From Lama glama (Eukaryota), in contig CM052816.1 of NCBI GenBank assembly GCA_028534125.1, positions 14,324,001-14,388,000 on the forward strand: 64,000 nucleotides of DNA, given 5' to 3'. Position numbers and translations under genes: made by a program. The stretch's first letter is position 1; every line of letters begins with the position of its first letter. Of the stretch, positions 1 to 14,457 are shown in pieces. The notes below the pieces were generated by a model. It ran no database searches and was not told where the DNA came from. It worked only from the letters and a program-made list of their open reading frames with translations.

Positions 1-1439
1 ATGTGATGCTTGAGCTCCATGGAACACCTCGTCTTGTTAGAGCTGTTTTCAGTTCTTTTATTTTATTCCTGTGTTCATTCATTCAGTAAATAGATTGTTA
101 ATTCTAACTCCATGGCCAGCTTTCTCTGTCCCAACAAACCCCTCCATTTTCTACCCACGAACAAAGCCCACACACAGTGAGTATAGTTTGAAGGTAAACA
201 GGTTTTGTTTCAATAAGAAAAGTAAAGATGTGCCTGTTTCCAGGGCACCCAGTCCCTGCCACCCACCTGGCCCCACACCGTAAACTAGAGGTCACTTCGG
301 GGATATTTTCTGTGTTTGGGAACCATTCTGCTCCTGGGAAGCACTAGTTTCAGAATGCCATCGTTCTGTTTTTAGAGTATTTTTATAGCACCATTACCGT
401 ATTTATTGGGCACTCTTGTACATAGCTCCACAAGAGATTCTGGGGGAATATAAAAGCAGTAACGACAGTAGCAACACAAACATATCATTAAGAACAAGAA
501 GTGCAAGACGTGGTCCCTGGGCTTCAGGTACTTATAAAGGGATGCCCAAAGGCAGAGGAAACCCATATAACTCGTGCTACCTCCCCCAGGCCTCGGACAG
601 ACAGCAATAATCCAGCACAACCCTCCCACTGAGGTCAACGCAGCTCAGCATCCTTCTCAACACAGTGCTCTGAGTCACCACTGCCAGTTGTCTGGGATCG
701 GTGGGTAAAATGCAATCCATCCACCTCCTCTTTCCATCCCTGTATTTTTGACTAAGTCCAGCAGAAGTTCGAGAAAGGAAGAAATGGTCATATGTGTTGG
801 GGTGGTTGGGAAAGATGCCACAGGGGAGGGCAATTTTAGCTCTACCCTGAAAAAATGATCAAATTTGAGTAGAATGAGTAGAGGAGAGAGGAAGGATATT
901 TACTGTATTGAAGTTTTTTACATTAAAAAAATTTAGTCAAATATATGGCTGTGTCTTTTTTTTTTTTTAACTTCTTGCTTTAATTTAGGAAGATCTTTCT
1001 CATCCTGCAGATCATTAAAACACTCGCCTATATTTTCTTCAAGTAGTGTTATGGCTTTCTTTTTTTTTTACAAAAAAGACATTTTTGATCCAGTTCAATT
1101 TACTTGGGGACAAAGAGTATGGTAGGAATTCAGGTTTTGGGGTTTTTTTTTTTAATAACTAACTTCATCTCATACCATTTGCTGAATAATCATTTTAAAA
1201 GTCTCCTTTATACACAATATCACCTTAAATACATGTGCTTATTTCTGGATCCCTGATTCTTTTTCACTTTTCTGTTCATTTATCGTGAGTCCTGCATTGC
1301 AGAAAATTTAATTCACAAAATCCTCAGCATACAAATCAGATAAACTAAGGAGATAGGCTTCTTCAAGAGACAGATAGCAAGCTGCCCCAACCATACCTGA
1401 AATGACTCAATTTTTCAAAAGCTTAAATGTATGCATGTC

Positions 1440-2090
1440 TTTTTTTTTAATAGAACACCTTTATTGGCATACAACTCTCATATAATTCATCAATTTAATA
1501 TGCACAATTCAGTGGCCTTCAGGATACTTGCAGTGTGGAACAATTTTAGAACATTTTCATCACTCCAAAAAGAAAGCCTGTATCCATTAGCAGTTACTCC
1601 CCATTCCCCCTAAATCTCCAGTCCTATGCAACCATTACCTATTTTCTGTCTCTATGGATTTGTCTATTCTGGATATTTCATTATAAATGGAATCATACAA
1701 TATGTGTCAATCTCCTTTCACTTAGCATAATGTTTTCAAAGTTCATCCATATTATAGCGTGTGTATCCACACTTCATTTCTTGTTGTTGAATATTCCATG
1801 GCACGGCTCTACTACACTTGGTTTATCCATTCATCAGTTATGGACATTTTGGTCATTTCCACTTTTTGGCTATTACGAATAACGTTGCCATGAACAACCA
1901 TGTATATATTTTTGTGTGAACAATACATTTCCTTTAAATAGAGCATTTTTTTAACATCTTTATTGTGGTATGATTCCTGTACAGTAAACCACACATATTT
2001 CAGATGTACAATCTGATGAATTTTGGGTATGTATACTCCAGGGAAATCACCACCACAATCAAGAGAGCTAACATTTCCATCATCCCCAAG
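1440..2090 (-). mobile_element. Old L1 (L1M-type) 3' fragments
   Basis: Typical antisense L1 3'UTR text (ctctatggatttgtctattctggatatttcat...ggaatcatacaatatgtg). Confidence 0.8.
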
Positions 2091-2247
2091 AGGTGCAAAA
2101 TTTGAATTCCCAATTTATCCCTTCTCACCAAAAGATAAAAGGAACATTATCTTTTGTATAAAGTCATGTACTTCTTTGCAATACCAATCCTGTGAGCCAT
2201 CTTTTCCAAGGATTAAAAAGTTTATTTGTTCACAGCCTTGCTTCTTT

Positions 2248-2349
2248 TATTTATTTACTTTATTTATTTTAACAGAGGTACGGGAGGTTGAACCCAGGAC
2301 CTCGTGCATGCTAAGCACATGCTCTACCACTGAGCTGTACCCTCCCCCT
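2248..2349 (-). mobile_element. tRNA-derived camelid SINE (Vic-1-like)
   Basis: Reverse complement GGGGAGGGTACAGCTCAGTGGTAGAGCATGTGCTTAGCATGCACGAGGTCCTGGGTTCAACC; TSD agccttg(c/t)ttcttt at 2234-2247 and 2350-2363. Confidence 0.9.
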
Positions 2350-4857
2350 AGCCTTGTTTCTTTAAAGGCAAATGTAATTTCATTTGTGGAGGCCTTAGGC
2401 TTATCCTCTCAGTCTATGCTAATTTGAACCACCACTAAGTAGAGTAAATTAGGAAATTAATTACTTAAGAAACCTGCAGCCTGGTGAAGGACATGGCTAG
2501 CTAGGTGGGTGCTCAAAGGAATCCAGTGAGGATCCACGGCAGGCAGGCCCTAAGCAGAATTAGCTGGACGCTGAAGGGGTGGACTTGAGTTTTTGATGTG
2601 TCCAGACCAACATTTTTACTACCGGGTATAGGTTTTTATCTATGGATGGCTTGCTTGGGGTGCAGATTTCGGAGACCTTTTGTATAAAGGTGGGAAGAGA
2701 TGGGTTGCTATGAGGCATGAAATAAGGAATTTTAAGCAAAGGCAGACCTTCTGTAACTGTAAGATTTCCAGGGCATTTACGACAGCAGCTGGTCATGCAG
2801 CTTCCCAGTTGAGGGGCAGCTGAATGGATGCTCATAGGACAGCGAGCAAACAACTTTCCATTCTAACAAATATTTATAAACCATCAAAAAAAAAGAAGAC
2901 AGTGATAAAAAGGTGGGTGGTCTTGAAGCACAGTGTACAAACTCACCAATGCTAACTTTTTAAGCTTTTTTCTTTGCAAGAATAGGATGCAGGTAACTTC
3001 ACTCATTCATTTATGTACCAGAGGTTCAAATTTTAAACTAGCTTAAACCCTTAATAGGTTTTGCCCATTAATCCTGCCCTTAACAGGATTGCCACAGTCA
3101 AGGTTCAATAAAAGAAATCAAAGAAGCCAAACAAAGGCGGATAGTTTTTTAACAGACCGAAGTCCCCTAGGAGACTCGAAGGTCTTCAAAACGAGACTGG
3201 CATCTTTGTGGTAGGAGCACCGTAAGTACACTGCATTTGTTAAATAAAAGAATGCCAGCAAGTGTGTCTAGAATCAGATTTCTAGCCTCTGCCCCTACTC
3301 ACCTACCCCCATTCTGTTGTTTATAAGACCCCAGTTTCACCCAATTCTAAGGGACAAATCATGGTTTATCTAAGGTAGAGTAGTCAGAAGACTGTCTTCA
3401 GCATTTTAGGGAGGAGAGAGGGCATCCACAGCAGAAAACCAAATGTTCCTGTTCGGTCATATCCTTCACCTGCCAGCTTTGAAAGGAGAGCCATTGCTTT
3501 ATACCTGGCAGTTTGTACTGAGAAACAAAAATAGAAACAAAATCAAAGGAAAAAGGATTGAAATACTGAATCAAATCGACTTGACCAAATCCCAAAGGTG
3601 GCCGTGGAGGGGAACAGACCTAGCACTGTAAGCCCCCAGCCCTCCTCCCACGGCTCCCTGACCCCTCGGTGTTGGCTAATTGCAGCTCTGGGAGAAACAG
3701 AATAAACAGACTGTTCAATGCTGCTATTTTAAGCAGCACCAAGTCCGATTAGTCAATGCTGGCAGCAGACAATGTGCAAGAAGCACCTCTGTGGACCAGA
3801 AGCCATGTACTTGGCCAGACACGCTGAAGACAAGCTGCAGGGAAGCCCAAAAAGGCCCTTGTGGGAAAAAGCCTCTTTGACCCTTGTTGGTTACACCTTG
3901 GCGGATGCCCCAGGCCAGAGGTGACGTCTACCTGGAAGTGCCTGAAAAATCCCATGGTGCCCAGGCTCGAAGCAGCAGTAGGTACGTGCCAGTGGCTGGC
4001 TTCTTTGTATTACTTGGCAATCAGGTCAGGTGTCACCTCCTCAGAGGGGCTACCTTGGTGCCTCACAAAGACCTGGAGACCCTAGAGATGAAATCATTGT
4101 TGCTCTCAGCCTGCACAGAGCCCTAGTTCTGTCTCTTTCTTGGCCACAGAAGCTCACTAAGGGTGAGGGGTGGCAGAGCCAGCTTCTGAAAGGGTGGTGG
4201 CCCTTTTGATTAGTTGTTACTCAGTTTTTCTCTGGCTTTAGTGCCTATTCGGATGAAATAATGGTGATTTCCCCCTTGTCCCAGAACAAAGAGAGCTGTG
4301 ACTTATGTCTCCCAGTATTCACTGCTAATTTCATGCATCATCAGTTTTCGTGTTCTCTCGTGTTTCCATTAAACCCGGTCTCCCCCTCTGGGATGTTGGC
4401 ATCTTATGGGGAGCACACTGTGATCGGCTGGCATGTTGGGAGTTAGGAAGAAGCTGGAACTAACTTGGGGGAGAACATGTGCCTTGGCGACACCCACCCA
4501 CATGAATCTTGCCCGCCATACCCCCACCCTCACCCCCAGGGCAGCCATGGCTCACCCGTCACAGCCAAGCCCGCAAGTGGCCTCTGGGTTCTTCTCCACA
4601 GCACCGCAGGCAGCCACAACCACTGAACTTAATGGACAGTGTTTGGCAGTCCTGCTTGTTATTACAATAAAATTGGAAAAGAAAAAATAAATCTGTCCCC
4701 CAAACTGAATTCAGTTACACTGCTGCCCAGATCGTGTTCCCTTGTGCTGTTTCACAAATTTTGCCATCACCCAAAGTCTATAAGGTGAGAGGGTCCCTTG
4801 TTTTTTTAAGGAGGAAGGAAATCTCTCTGAAAACATCTTTTAAAAATAAGTTTGAGG

Positions 4858-4970
4858 AAGGGGTGGGTATAGCACGCACAAGGTTTTGGTTTCAATCCCC
4901 AGTACCTCCATTAAACACATAAATAAATAAACCTAATTAACTGCCCCCGCCTCAAAAAAAAACCAAAAAC
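4858..4970 (+). mobile_element. Vic-1-like SINE with internal deletion
   Basis: gggtatagc|acgcacaagg...ttcaatccccagtacctccattaaa...acctaattaactgcccc. Confidence 0.8.
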
Positions 4971-5255
4971 TTGAATATGTTTTTAAGTATGGAGAAGTAC
5001 AGAGAGGAAAACATATAACGGCCCCTATTTTCATTGCCCAGATCACTCTTGTTGATATCAGATAATTATTATAACGTTAGAATAGTAATACACGCATAAG
5101 GTTTGAAATTTCAAACCTTAAAGTATAAAATAATATAAAAGTATAAAAATATAAAATAAAGTATAAAATAAGTGATAACTTCTGTTCCTGCCCTTCCTAA
5201 TGGTAACAACTATTATTTGTTAATAATTTTTTATGAGTCCTTCAAGAAGAAGCCG

Positions 5256-5257
<2 letters not shown>

Positions 5258-5290
<33 letters not shown>
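5258..5290. repeat. (CA)n microsatellite
   Basis: Directly visible. Confidence 0.95.
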
Positions 5291-5292
<2 letters not shown>

Positions 5293-6944
5293 CTTTTAAA
5301 ATTTACAGAAAAACGGAGAGAGATCATGCTCTACGTTATATTCTGTATCTTTCTTTTTTCCTTCTTACTAAATAATACATCATGGCATTCTTTCCTGATT
5401 CACCTCATTCATTTTACCAGCGCATGGTTTTCCAACATACAGATATTCTGTCATATAATCTGTACCCTATTAATGCCAAAACATCTTTTAAAGACTTCAG
5501 CGGGCTCCTTGGCAGCTGATATGCTATTCGTCAATAAGAGAGGAGGGACCCCTAGTTCATTAATTCACTCAAACTCCTATAGCTCTGAAGATTATTCAGC
5601 TTGGTTCACAACATTCGGCAAATGCAACTGCAAAGCAAAGCATCCGCAGAGCTGGGGACTGGGGAGTGGCATGAAAAAAAGCCATTTGTAATGCACCAGA
5701 GTGAATATCACTTGCACACATCACAAGCGGTAAACGTTGACAGTCTTAGAAAATTCAGTCATGGGACAAGGCCAGGTAGTCTTGCTCTGGGTGACGTCAG
5801 TGCAGCCCTGCTTCACATAGACTTCAGAATCACAATGTCTCAGAAGCCTTATGGCACTGAAAATACTTTATTTCATTCACAATGGGTTATTCACTACTGC
5901 TGCTCAGTCCACTGAGCCAGCCGTGCCTTCTTATCTCCAAGATGCCTTGATGGTAGGACTGTCTGTATGTCTGTCTGACTATTTTTTTAATTCAGGGAAG
6001 GAGACACTTGCTTTGTCAGTTCTAATTCTGCTGGGGATTTGAGGTGACAGGTTCAGGTAAAATTGAAACTAGCTTCACTTTATCACTTGTTAACTATGTG
6101 TCCTGGGGCACGTCACATAATCATTCTAAGCCTATGAAATGGAGACAATATAGCTACCCCACAGAGCTGTTGGGATGATCAGCTGGGACAATTTATGTCT
6201 ACAGAAGAACATATGGTTCTTGTATGTATATCTGCTCCCACTTAGATATGCAAACATGCCCCTTATGTGTGAATCTGCAAAGAGAGATGTTTGGGAAGAT
6301 GTTTGCCAGTATATTAACCTTGGTTTTCTCTGGGGGGTGGGATTTCGGGGAGTTTTTTTTTCCTTCATTTTTTTCCACACTGCTAGGGCTTCTTTGTTTA
6401 TGGGATTTAACATTAAAAAAAATAATGATTAGGCATGATGTATATGAAAAACATAAAGCCATTTTCAAAATGAGATAATGCATATAAAAATCACATACAG
6501 TAAATGCTTAATCAATAGTATTTGTTATTACTGTGAAAAGCTAACTGGAAAAGATGGCCCATTTGATTCCAGAAAAATCACAATTTAACTATATTTAAGT
6601 CCCAGGAAGGCCAATTTTTAAGATATCGGGCTTTGGAATCAGATAGTCCTGGGTTTAAATCTCAGTTCTATAAATTCTTCCTCCTCTCAGTCTTTTCTAG
6701 ACACTATATCTTGAGCAAAACACTTCATCACTTACAGCCTTGTTTCCTCCATCTGTAAAATAAAAAGCTTCTTCCCTATCCAATCATCTAAAATCCTGCA
6801 CAACCGTCAGTGCATTCGGTGTTTCCAGTTACCCAGAATACACAGAATCCTGAGGGTACCTGTGACTTTGTCACTCTTTAGGGTGCTGGACACAATAATA
6901 GATCCTAGTCATGTCAACATAGCTAATTCCCCATGCAATCTCTA

Positions 6945-7440
6945 CTTTCTTTCTCTTTACCAACAGAACTTGGATTTTACGCAGGGCAGCAATGTGCCCA
7001 ATTGAAAATACTCACCTCCCAGACTTCCATGCAGTTAGGGATAGCCATGTGACCCAGTTTGACCAATGAGATGTAAGCAGTACTCTGATCTATTTCTTAG
7101 ACATCACAAGGGGCTTCCAAGAAAATTGGCGTATACCCAACCAAAAGGGAGAGACGCAGCTGGTATATATTCTTTGCCCTTAACTCTTCTCCCTATTCCC
7201 ACCTGAAGCAAGAACATGACATTTAGAGGAGCAGTAGCCATCTTTGCCGCTATAAAAGAGCCACACACTAAGAATGACAGAGCAGAAGAAACCAGGTCCC
7301 TGATGACTTCATGGAGATGCTGTCCAAATCCTGGACTACATACTCTAGATTTCATGCTAACATGAGAAAAATAAACCTTTAGTGGGTTAAGCCACAGTTG
7401 TCAGGATTCAGTTACATGCAACCAACTGTAGTCCCGAGTG
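6945..7440 (+). mobile_element. MaLR LTR (MLT1-type)
   Basis: gcagttagggatagccatgtgacccagtttgaccaatgagatgtaagcag...aataaacc...gttacatgcaacc. Confidence 0.7.
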
Positions 7441-7699
7441 AGCTCACACCTTATAGGGTTCCTGGGAAGAGTCCAATAAGATAATGTTTGTCAAGTACTT
7501 AGCCCAGGGTCCGAAACACTGGCATCACTTAATAAATATTTGTTGATGAGTTCCAATTTTCTTCCCAGTAAGAGGGGATTAAGGATTGAATATCTGTCAT
7601 AGAACATGATTTCCTAATAGCAAGTTAGGAACTTTATTCATTCATTTGTAAAGTTCTTAGAATGACCCCTGCACACAAGAAGCACTTTATAAATATTTG

Positions 7700-8080
7700 G
7701 TAAATATATACAATCCTAACAAATGTCTACTGAATGCCTACAATGTGCCAGGCACTGTTCTAGATGCTTGGGAATTCAGGAGTGAAGAAGACAGACAGTA
7801 TTCCTGCCCTTATGGTACTTTCATTTCAGAAGGAGTAGGAGGACAGGAATACTAAGCAAATAAACAAGAAACTGTCATGAAAATAAAACAGGCTGGTGTG
7901 ATAGAGATACAAGAGCTCCTCGGGGAGGGTATACAGGGAAGGCCTCTTGCAGGCGGTCACATTGAAAGTAAAACCTGATTCGTAAGAAGGAGCCCACTCT
8001 GTCAAGGTCTGGGGGAAAAACAGGTAGAGGGAGGCTTGTCAAAGCCCTAAGGTAGTTGTGAGTCTGGTGTTATGGAGGAA
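7700..8080 (-). mobile_element. L2 fragment
   Basis: aacaaatgtctactgaatgcctacaatgtgccaggcactgttctagatgct...cctgcccttatgg. Confidence 0.7.
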
Positions 8081-8810
8081 GAGTCTTCCCAGAATCACCC
8101 CAGGTTTGCATTTGCAACCACAGAGAGGAATGCACACGCAGGGCAAATCCACATTTTATACTGTCTACAGCAGACAATTTTGGGGTCCCTCTTTAAGAAA
8201 AAAAAATACAAAAGTAAAAACATAAAATAGGGCTTTGGAAGGGGCCTTTGCAAGTGAGTGGCTCTAAAGCTTACTTCCATGAACTTTATTGAAAATTTAT
8301 TTCTGCTTAGACCTGAGGCAATAAAAGTAGATTTGAAGGATGACTTATTCAGACTCCTTTGGTAGTCAGAAAAAAAATCTGGTATTTATGATAAGGATGC
8401 AGGATGACAGAACCCAAGGATGAGAATCTCACTGGGCCAAATCTGCCTTGTAACCAGACTCAAACACCAGCAGGACTCCTGGGCCTCCCCTACCTCTCTA
8501 AACCTACACGTGCTCTTCATTCTTATCTTCTTTTGGAAGATGAGCTCCATCTGCTTTTCTGACCCAGGGAGCAGAAAACCACGGCCACCCATGTTACATG
8601 GTAACCACGTAACTACCTGTTCCTAATCCAACTTCCCAGGGAAGCTCTCTGACAGCCTAGAGTCAAGCATCCATCCTCAGGTCAAAGAACAGTACCATGG
8701 CTACTGGGAGGCCGCTCAACCCTGAGATCAAGACAAAGGCAGTCACCCGAAGAAGAAGAATCACTGTGAGCCAGGGGGCAAACCCAGGAGGCATCTGCCT
8801 CACCTGCAGA

Positions 8811-9130
8811 GCAGCTTTGATCAATAAAAATATAAAGGAGGACACAAATGTAAACCACATATGCCATTTCCAGTTTTCTAGCAGACCCATTCAAGTACGA
8901 AAAAAAAGATGAGATTAATTTCGATAATATATTTTATTTAACCCAACATATCCCAAATGTGATTACTTTAACATACACAATACAAAAATGTTTTACATTC
9001 TTTTTTACATATCAAGTCTCCAAAACCCAGTGCCCGTTTTACACTGTCAGCACACCCCAATTCAAACTAGCCATGTTGCAAATGCTCGATAGCCATTGGT
9101 GGCTGGTGGCTGTCACAGCGGACGTGCAAG
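8811..9130. mobile_element. MER33-like hAT-Charlie MITE
   Basis: gataatatattttatttaacccaacatatccc...ctagccatgttgcaaatgctcgatagccattggtggctggtggct. Confidence 0.8.
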
Positions 9131-9417
9131 TTGGGATTTCTGGGCTGAGAGCTGGTGGATGCTGCTACCCGTGTACATGACAGCAGGCCCAAGGCTGTAG
9201 TGCTCAAACACAACCTTCTCTCGCCTGGTGTGGTTGTCATGACTGCATGTCTGCTCTTGGGCTCAGGGTAAATGTGCGGGATTAATCATCACTGGCTCTC
9301 AGAGTGCACACAGCACAAGCGCATTTGCTGCCAGACTGCAATTACAGAGTTCTTTCTTTGATGGATTCAGACTTAATGTTTTTGCACTTCCTTTATTCCA
9401 GAAGTGAAATGAAAGCC

Positions 9418-9458
9418 ACACACACAAACACACACACACACACACACACACATACACA
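9418..9458. repeat. Imperfect (CA)n microsatellite
   Basis: Directly visible. Confidence 0.9.
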
Positions 9459-9879
9459 AAGGCCCACAGCACCCTGCAGCCCCATCAGCAAATTGTTCAG
9501 CCTTGGTAGGAAGGTCATTAGACTGGTTTCAGATAGAGCCCTTAAAGCATCAGGAAAACAGATAAATGTCAGGATACTGGTTGCTCAGCTGTACGTCAGT
9601 TCAGCCTCCTAATGGTAATAAATGCATCTCTCCAAAGTTTGTCTGCTTTCTCCTCAATCTGCTGCATCTTGGCACCATAAGGTATACTCCTTCTTCAATA
9701 CTTCTCCTCAAGTTTTAGCCAACACAGATGTATATAGGTCAGATTGGCTCCATGCCACTTTGACAGGGTGGTTTCTCTTCTATCTATGGATCTGTCAGGT
9801 GCGTTTAGTTGAAGAGACTGGATGTGACTTAGAAGCCTCTTATTTTTCTGCCTGGAGGCAATTTGTAAAAGTGGCCTAA

Positions 9880-10110
9880 TAATTAGGTAGCAAGTATTAT
9901 ACACCCAGTTGTATGCTAAGTATTTACAGACATGATGTCATTTAATTTCTACAACGTCACCATACGTAAGTACTGTTATTAACACACCCCCACTTTACAG
10001 AGGAGGAAACAGGTTTGAGGAAGGTTAAGTGCCTTGTCTGAAGTCATACGGCTACCGCACAACAAAGCCAAGGTTTGTGCCCAAATTGCCTGACTCCACA
10101 GCTTCAGCTG
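9880..10110 (-). mobile_element. MIR SINE
   Basis: Core cccactttacagaggaggaaacaggtttgaggaaggttaagtgccttgtctgaagtcatac. Confidence 0.75.
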
Positions 10111-10309
10111 TTGATGTCTGCACAGCACCTGAGCATGATTTTTGGAACAAAAGGCCATCAAGTCTTGCTTTCAGGGGCCAGCAGTTTCACCAAAGGGCAT
10201 CTCTGAGGCAGGGTGTCTGAGAAGCGAGGACAGTCGGAATGAGGTCACCAGTGGGCAGGACTAGAAGGTGGCAAAATGAACCTCCTCTTCCGTGGGAACA
10301 ATGAAGATA

Positions 10310-10637
10310 GATACATAACCAGAAATAGACTCACAGACGCAGAAAACAAACTGCGGTTACCAGAGGGAAACGGGGTGGGGGAATGGGATAGATTAGGAAT
10401 TTGGGACTAACAGATTCACGTTACTATATATTAAATAGATAAACAACAAGGACCTACTGTATAGCACAGGGAACTATATTCAATTTCTTGTAATGAGCCA
10501 TAATGGAAAAGAAACTGAAATTATATATATATGTATGTATGTATATGTATAACTGAATTGCTTTGCCGGACACCTGAAACTAACATTGTAAATCAACTAT
10601 ACTTCTATAAAAACTAAGAATGAAAAAAATAAATAAA
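10310..10637 (+). mobile_element. Cetartiodactyl-type L1 3' end
   Basis: aaatagactcacagac...aacaacaaggacctactgtatagcacagggaactatattcaa...ttgtaaatcaactatac + A tail. Confidence 0.85.
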
Positions 10638-12451
10638 GACAGATGTGCAAATGTCTGGGAAGAGGGCAGTTGACCAATCCTGCCACAGAAGGACTGGGCT
10701 CCAGTCTCCGCTGCCATTGTAAGGCAGCTCTGTACCTTACTCTGCGGCCTTGAGCAAGCCACCTGGCTCCCAGCGATGTAAAGATAATGGCGCTACCAGC
10801 CCTCCCTGAGGGCCCATTTGGATCAACTAGTTAATGGTTATATACTAGTTTGAATTGACAAAGGGCCCCAGGAAATCTCTACTCAGGCCTTTAAAGCACA
10901 GTACTGAGCCCCTGTTGATAACAAATGTTAAAGGAAGGTTAAGCTCTCTTTAGTTTTATGGCTTCTATGGAGCCATTTGGCAGCACTAGGCCAGACAAGA
11001 AAATAACAGCATACCCACATTAATTAGCCCACTTGACTCTGAGACCACACCAGTCATGTTCTCCGAACCTGTATTTAATACCAGTAACTTCAGATGGAGG
11101 GCAGGCATTGGATAAATATTTGTCAAATGACTAACGGCAAGGCTCTGATGTTTATTCAAGCACCTACTATGTGTCAAAGAGTGGATTACAACATCCGGTT
11201 TTAAAAAGCCACCTCTGATGTCAGTATTGTGCCTGGAGGTTAACCTCCCCTCCCCCCTCAAAAATATATTTTGCCTGGAGGTTAGGAATATTACCACCTC
11301 AGTCTGATTGCGGATTTCTCCATCAGTAAGTGTGCAACCTAAAGTAAAGCAAAGCAGCAAACTAGAGGACAGTCTTGCTTGATAGCAAACCATCAAACAA
11401 TTGCCCAGAGCAAAGAGAAATTGAAAAATTCGACAGTAGCCTTCTTGGCAGAATGGCCCTAGAAGACAGAAATCTTTATTTGCCAAACACAGGGTAAATA
11501 ATAGAATTTCAGGAGCTATTTTGATAACAAATATAAATTGAAAAATATGAAGAAGAGTTTCATCCTTTAAAGGAACTTATCTACTCAGAATTCCACCAGG
11601 TAAGATTAAGTAAATTCCCAGTTAGAGGTGAAAGTCACATCTCAGCCACATAACAGCCTCCCCACCCACCGAACTCAACTGTTTGGAAAAATGTGAAATG
11701 TTCAAGTTTCCATAGAAATGAGCAGGCAATTGTCCAGCTGGTCTCAAAGTGGCCAGACCCTGTTAATCATTTAATGCCTTACCTCATGTGAGATAAACAC
11801 AAGAGAAGTCATTGCCAGGCTACCACATTTTTCTCAAACCATGATTTATTTATTCATTCATTCTTCTGTTCATTCAACTGAAATAAACTGAGGGCCTACT
11901 GTACGCCAGGCACTGTTCTAGGCATCAGTGAAACATGAATAACACAAAGCCCACCTATCTTCCTACAATTTACATGTTAGCAACTACTTTCAATTCACCA
12001 CCAGAGCCCAAGGACGCTTCAGTTTGTAGTTTAACAAAACGAAATAGCCTTTTGGGCTAGTACTTGGATTATCTCATGTAGATGCATTCTTTCAGCAAAT
12101 ATTTACTCAGTAACTACTAGGCTACTCTGGAGCAATGCAAATGTGTATGAAGACAGAGCTCACTGTCTAGACGGAAACATAAAGCATTTACAGAAAAAAA
12201 CCACTATGACAAGGTGTGAAATGTCATAAGCAAAACAGATAGAATGTTGTGAAAATTCCGAGAAGAAAATTCAGCTTCGTGGAGGAGGTAACTAGGTGGC
12301 ATCTGAATTAAGATTTAAATGATGAGTATGATTTGCACGCATAAAACAAGAGGAGGGTGGGCCATACTAGGGTGAAGGACAGTCCGTAATTGACCAAAAG
12401 TAACAGCTCTTATTTTCTAATATATATGTTGGTAAAGCAAGGTATGAAAGC

Positions 12452-12810
12452 TGCTAGGGACTGAATGTTTGTGTCCTCCCCCACAACCACCAATTCATAT
12501 GTCGAAGCTCTAATCCCCAGTGAGATGTTACCTGGAGGTGGGGCCTTTGGGAAGTAATGAGGTCATGAGGGTGGAGCCCTCATGAAGGGATTAGTGCCCT
12601 TATAAGAAGAATCATGAGAGGTACACCTCTGTCTCTGTCATATGAGAATACTGCATCTGTAAGCCAAGAAGAGAGCCGGACCATTCTGGAACCCTGGTCT
12701 TGGACTTGCAGCCTCCAGAACTGTGAGAAATGTTTGTTGTTTAAGTCACCCAGTCTACAGTATCTTAGTTTGACTAAGCAGTTGTATAGCTGCCCAAAGT
12801 GACTAAGACA
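12452..12810 (+). mobile_element. MLT1A-like MaLR solo LTR
   Basis: TG...CA termini, 5-bp TSD aaagc (12447-12451 and 12811-12815), typical ggactgaatgtttgtgtcc and cctccagaactgtgagaaa. Confidence 0.88.
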
Positions 12811-14340
12811 AAAGCAAAGATTTCAGCCTTGCTTTAAAACTTCTTTATCCAAATGAAGTTTTAGAGCAACTGTTGTCCTCAATTCAGTTGAACACTCAAG
12901 GTCAACCTACAATGAAAAGTCAAAAAACAGTGGAAAATTGATTTCATCTCACATGCCCACTGTGGAACCGGCTGCTAGAAGTGTTACGTTACAAATACTT
13001 CTGAGGCTTTACTAAGGTTCATTAGAAACCTGTGATTGATTAGTGATGTCTGCCACAGGCAAAAGATTCTGTTATGGTGGTTGATTTATTTGCCACCCCT
13101 GGGTTAGGGCAGGTATCTGAATGCCCAATAAGAATGCTGCGCAATAGAGATTTTAAAACTGTTTTAGCACCAGAACCCTTTGGGCTGCCTTGAAACAGGG
13201 AAGGGAGAGGTCTAGAGCCCCACCTACTCTTCCTCCTCCTCACTCATCAGAGTGGCACCTGGAAAACAGCCTGAAACATCATTTTACAAGGCTGTGGCTT
13301 TCTTTGTTGCAAGAACAGCATTTCATAATTTTTCATGTTAAATTCCACAAGAGGGATGATAATCACCATTTTACAGATGCAGAAACTGAGGTCCAAAGAG
13401 GTTAAGTGCTAAGCCTCAGGCACATCCCTCTTACTCAGGCCGGGGTGTCGCATGTCTGTAGCGCAGCAGCTCCAGCAAAGCTTGTCTCCCGAAGAAGAGA
13501 GCTGAGCTGAGGTGAAGTAAACGCAAGGGAAAAAGGGGATGGTCCTGCCTCTCTGCATGAAATTCTGTCTCACTCTGCCTTCACCTGCGATCACTTCCAC
13601 AAGCCCCTCTTCAGGGACTCATTAGAGGTCTGCACTCTGAGCAGCTCAGGGCTCCAGCACGACTCAAGTTTCCTCCTCCCATCAGGAGCCGAGGCAACGT
13701 GAGCCGCTCTTCCTCGTCTCTCCTCAGCTGTTCCTAAGGAGAGCCTGTCACCTCTGCCTGGACCAGAGTGTGGGGTGGAGCTGCAGAGGGCTGACACAGG
13801 GTGGGCACAGTGAGTCCCCGCAGAAAGCGTTTACAAATCACAAAGCACGTTTATTATCTCACCACGCCCACCCTCTCACCATCACCGCCATCACTTCCAG
13901 CCTAGAGCACTGCGGCAGCCTCCCCTCCCACCTCTTCTCCCCTCACCCACTCTGGCCTCCCTTCCATTTTCCACACTGTAGGCAGAGACCTTTTAATAAT
14001 GCAAATTTGACTGGGTCACTCCTTTGCTCAAAAGCTTTTAACAGCTTCCCGTTGTCCTTGGAACCCTGTGGGAAGAGCACTTACTTACGAGAAACATGCG
14101 TGTGTGCGTGTATGCACGTACACCCTTGCAAAGGAGGGTGGTTTACGATATTGAAACTGGAACACGATAGTAGTATAGGCTCCATTTGATACACAGCAGG
14201 GTATACGTATTTATTCATGTATCTTTATTTAGGTCCTGCCTCATTCCGCAAAGGCACTGGAATGGCTGGGTGTACCATACGCTTCCCGGGCAGGCAACAA
14301 CAGGAAGCTACAATTTTGGAAACTTCAATCCAATGGTATA

Positions 14341-14457
14341 GGGGGAGAGAAATAGCCCAGTGGTAGAGCACATGCTTAGCACGCGTGAGGTCCTGGGTTC
14401 AATCCCCAGTACCTCCATTAAAAAAAAAGAAAAAGAGAAACAAAATTATTTTTAAAA
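14341..14457 (+). mobile_element. Vic-1-like SINE
   Basis: A/B boxes (tagcccagtgg / ggttcaatcc), A-rich tail, degenerate TSD aatcc..tggtat. Confidence 0.9.

Noticed and set aside
10986..11486. 166-aa minus-strand ORF
   Set aside because: Non-ATG start, no recognisable protein features or exon signals.
14341..14420. tRNA-like sequence with A/B boxes
   Set aside because: SINE head with A tail and TSD, multiple diverged copies in the window; not a tRNA gene.
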